The notes beneath the pieces were generated by a model. The model ran no database searches. It was not told where the DNA came from and saw only the letters and a list, made by a program, of their open reading frames with translations. Positions 54,550 to 64,000 of a stretch of DNA of 64,000 nucleotides are shown in pieces. The translations under genes were made by a program, and so were the position numbers. Every line of letters begins with the position of its first letter. Positions within the stretch are counted from its first letter, which is position 1. Source of the stretch: the human T2T-CHM13v2.0 reference genome, Homo sapiens; the NCBI RefSeq assembly GCF_009914755.1, contig NC_060946.1, one strand, 5' to 3'.

Positions 54550-55659
54550 TTAAAAACTGAAAAAATGAAGCAATATAAATGCCCAACAAATGGGGGCAAC
54601 AGTTATATAAATAACCTGTTTTTAATAAAATTTAACATTATGTTGATGTTACATGTTGGAGTCAGATACATAGAAAAAGGAAAAAATAGGACACAATAGT
54701 ATGGGATAATCATTACGTAGGTTTAAAAAAACAAAAGAATCCTTGCTGAGAACAGGTCTGGCAGAGCAAAGTGAGCTTTAGCCTGAAGTGGGAGGGAGAA
54801 AGTAAAACAGTGGGCAGGGCTCTGGAGGAAAGAAGGATGGTAGTGCTTCAAAGGGAAGCAGAAGTTTTGGCTTTGTTTTATTTTTAGGACAGAAGAGTGA
54901 TCAGCCCCTAGGAATTTGGATGAGATCATCCAGAGAGTGTGTATGGGACACAGAGGGCCCAAGAACTAAGAACAAAGAGTCAAAGACTTGGGAAAACCAG
55001 AGGTGTCTCAGCAAAGTAGTAGATGTAACTTTTTAAAAAGGAAATGGCTTATAACATCAAGTGCTCCAGAAAAAATCAAAATCTTTTGATTTTCCAGGGA
55101 GAATGGCAAAAAAAGGGGAAAAAGAATCTTTGGTGAGGAAGGCCTTCAGGAAAAAGCAACCAGTCCAGAAAGATCAAAATCAAGAAAGACTGTACATAGA
55201 GTGTGCACACCATCAGTTCAGAGTGCAAGAGTGGGGGTAGGGGGCTAAAGTCTGGCTCTCGTGGGCAGAAGAGGTGGGCACAGAAAGCAGAGCAAGCAGC
55301 ACGAACCATTCCCGAGAGAGCCTGACTATGAAGGGGAGAGAACAAATGGCACTTGTCTCACAGACTCTGGGGCAGTGCCCAGGAAATTAAATTTAGGACT
55401 ATATATCAATTTAAAAGTACTGGATAGAGTAACGAAAGTGATGTTTTCAGTAAGTGTTGTACAGCAGAAGGCTTGTTTTTGTTGATTTTAAAAATCTTTC
55501 ATGGGAGATTGGAGAGATGCTGGTAAAAAAAAATACAGCATTAAAATAAAATCTTTCACTATAAAACTAGCTAGTACGGCCAGGAGTGGTGACTCACACC
55601 TGTAATCCCAGCACTTTGGGAGGCTGAGGCGGGGTGGATCACCTGAGGTGAGGAGTTCA

Positions 55660-55881
<222 letters not shown>

Positions 55882-56039
55882 TTAAAATGCTAGTGTAACT
55901 TCAGAAAACTTAGAATATGATTTTAAATAAAAATAATAACTAAACTAAAAAAGCAAATCCTGTATAAGCCCTTAGTTACTTGGGAAGTCATTTAAAAGTT
56001 AAGCCCATATCATCTCAAATTCCAAAACTTATTGCAAGG

Positions 56040-60117
<4,078 letters not shown>

Positions 60118-60424
60118 TTACTGTTTTCAAAGACTGATTAGTGGTCTGGAAAATGATTATACTACTGTGTTGGATCAAAGATTCAGAATACCAAATGATA
60201 TGATGTATATAAAATGTAATCCCAATTTTACTAGGAAAAAAATGTGCCAGGATGTTGACAGCAGATATCCCTGGGTAGCAGCATTACAGGTGAATGCTTT
60301 TTGCATAAATGTGCCTTTCTGTGTTTTCCAAATTTTCTCTAAAGAAAAAAAACTGAGATGATTATCAAACTATATTATTTGGGGATTACAAATTGTAGCA
60401 AGTTCAGGAGAAGCACAGATTCAT

Positions 60425-60711
60425 TAGCCCTTGGAACAAAGCTGTTTCAGAATTCAGTATTTTTCAGATTTTAGAAAGGTAATACAGTGCATACATATGT
60501 GCATACATCCCTGGCGAGGTCTGGTGTGTACCAAGGAATCCAGCACTGATATTTCTGCAGCAAACATACAAATAATCACACTAGATGGGAAAAATACAGA
60601 CTATGAATAGTCTCGTGGCAGTCCACGTCAGGTTTTGCCCCAAATGAGCTTACAAAAGATACCCAGAAAGGTCTGAAACCCTGAGCTGCAAATAAAGCAC
60701 TGTGGACCTGT
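60425..60711. mobile_element. MER46C-like (TcMar-Tigger) MITE
   Basis: tgtttcagaattcag.atttttcagattttagaaaggtaatacagtgcata..atatttctgcagcaaac..gtcaggttttgcc.caaatgag..tgtggacctg. Confidence 0.75.
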
Positions 60712-61414
60712 GGAAGGATCCTGAATGAGGAATGAGTTTCAACCGTTAGAACCAATTCCAGTGGCGACGAGCCCCTCCCTATAGTTTTGCTGAAGTAAGA
60801 ACACTTTTATTTGTGGTGTGAGGGGTACAGACCATATTTAGAGATGAGAAGACATCAGAGGCAGAAGAAGGGGTAAAGAGAACTCACTTCTTCAGCAAAG
60901 GGTAAGGCTGAGCTCTCCTGTCAGAGAGGAGAGTGCAGGGGTCACCAGACAGCACTCTGAGGATCACTATATCTCAACCAAGCCCATCAAGTTTGTACTT
61001 CTGATATGTCTGATAATTTACTTGAGTTATGTCATTTAACAGGTCGGCCAAGCCTTGGAGATCTAGTCAGAATGCCTGCATGCATATTTTTAAAATTTAG
61101 ATGTATACATACTTATAATGGAGAGTAAAGATTCAAAACCCAAAGAATTACTAGGATATTTTTAAAGAACAGGTGAGATTTATTAGGAATAGACATAGTG
61201 ATCAAATGGTTATAGAAGACAGGAACACAACATTAAGCTCCAGTGTACTTATCCCCTTTATAATGTTGATACTTATGATACAGTATGTAAATAAAATATT
61301 ACCTACCCTTACATTGTAGCAATAGGCTTACCTTTTAACATGGCTTTGCTACAACCAACAAGGTGGTGTCCACTCTAGGTAGTCCACATTCAGTTTCCAA
61401 CCATCCCATTAAAA

Positions 61415-61692
61415 TCCCTTCGTCTGTTTTGTGTTGCCATAACAGAATACCACAGACTGGGTAATTTATAGGAAAAGAAATGTATTTCTTATAGTTCCGT
61501 AAGCTGGGAAGTCCAAGGTCAAGAGGCCTGCATCTGGCAGAGGCCTTCTTGCTGTATCACCCCATGGCAGAAGGGCAAGCAAAGGCAGGAGCGTAAGAGA
61601 CAGAGAGGGCCCAACTCACTTTTAGACCAACCCACTCTGTGATAATGACCTAAATCCATTCATGAGGGCAGAACCCCCATAGCCAAATCAGG
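61415..61692 (-). mobile_element. MaLR LTR (MST/MLT1A-type) fragment
   Basis: ttgccataacagaataccacagactgggtaatttata..gctgggaagtccaaggtcaag..atccattcatgagggcaga. Confidence 0.8.
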
Positions 61693-61797
61693 TCTTTTTT
61701 TTTTTTTTCTTTTTTTCTCAGATGGAGTCTCACTCTGTCACCCAGGCTGGAGTGCAGTGGCGCGATCTCAGCTCACTGCAACCTCTGCCTCCTGGGC

Positions 61798-63080
<1,283 letters not shown>

Positions 63081-64000
63081 AGGCTCCATGAAATTATCTA
63101 TGTACATAGGTATCTAGCCTATATCCCACAGTCATTCACTCCAATACTTTATTCTCTACCCCATTCTGGGATGCATAAAGATTGCTTTTAGGATTACATA
63201 GTGATTTAGTTAATACAGTCATTTCAACACTCAAAAGACATGATCCTTGTTTCACCAGAGTAAAATGAGACTCTGAGAAGTTACAGGACATGCTCTAAGT
63301 CACCCAGCCATAAGTGTCAGAGCTGAATTTTCAAATGCAGTTACTAATTTGATAAATGAGATATGTTACCTTGCTGTTCTTAAAAAGGCTTGTAACTTCA
63401 GTGAGGAACTTATTCCTGTCTTCATTCATGTATTCAACTAATATAGAGAAATGAATGGGAAAGTGAAGAGAAGATGAAGACTATTACGGAGATGGCACAG
63501 GGTTAGCCAGCCTTATTTGTGTTATGCAGATGGGGAAACAGACCTAGGCAGGAATCTGCCTGATTCAACAAATATTTACTGAGTACCTACTATGTGCAAT
63601 GTGTATACTAGGTGCTGGGGATACAGCAGAGAACAAAGTCCCCACTCTCAATGAAAGGGGCCAGTCTTTTTATTCATCTTTAGTTAATTTTAAGCACACA
63701 ACAGCTATCTCAAACTTTCTTCACACTTTCCAAGCCCCTGATCCCTCATGTACTCTTGGCAGATGCCCCACCTTATCTCTTACCAGAACCTAAGGCCAAC
63801 TAGCATAAAATCCCTTGAGCACACTTAGATTGGCATGCTTTTACTGTGACATCTGTTCCTACAGCACCCTTACTTTCTTCTCTTGAGCTGAGGGTGAAGA
63901 TCTCTTTCTTTCCCATCTGTAATCTCACAATATGCACAACTACACCAGAGACAATGGAGGCACAATACAGGCCAGAGGTCTGTTCCTCATTCCTTCTGCG

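Overview
Primate (most likely human) genomic DNA lying entirely inside the MAPK1 (ERK2) gene, which runs on the minus strand. Five coding exons (exons 2-6; 183, 190, 117, 115 and 132 nt) can be placed to the base and translate to ERK2 residues ~40-286. Exon 1 lies beyond the right edge and exons 7 onward beyond the left edge. Intron 2 is a minor-spliceosome (U12-type) GT-AG intron. Back-splicing of exons 2-4 gives a 490-nt circle with a 109-codon ORF. The rest is repeat-dense intron: dozens of Alus (many inverted or nested), old L1, L2, L3 and MIR fragments, MaLR/ERVL LTRs and DNA-transposon fossils. Nearly all ORFs in the supplied track are repeat-derived. The most unusual non-genic items are three. 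One is a TSD-flanked chimeric retrocopy of 5S rRNA fused to a polyadenylated foreign 3' end. Another is a ~70-nt TSD-flanked, A-tailed retro-insertion ending in a GNRA hairpin. The third is a 145-bp ungapped inverted repeat of unassigned family. Exon and TSD coordinates were read by hand. Repeat boundaries and family names are approximate and come from recalled consensus sequences, not from a database search.
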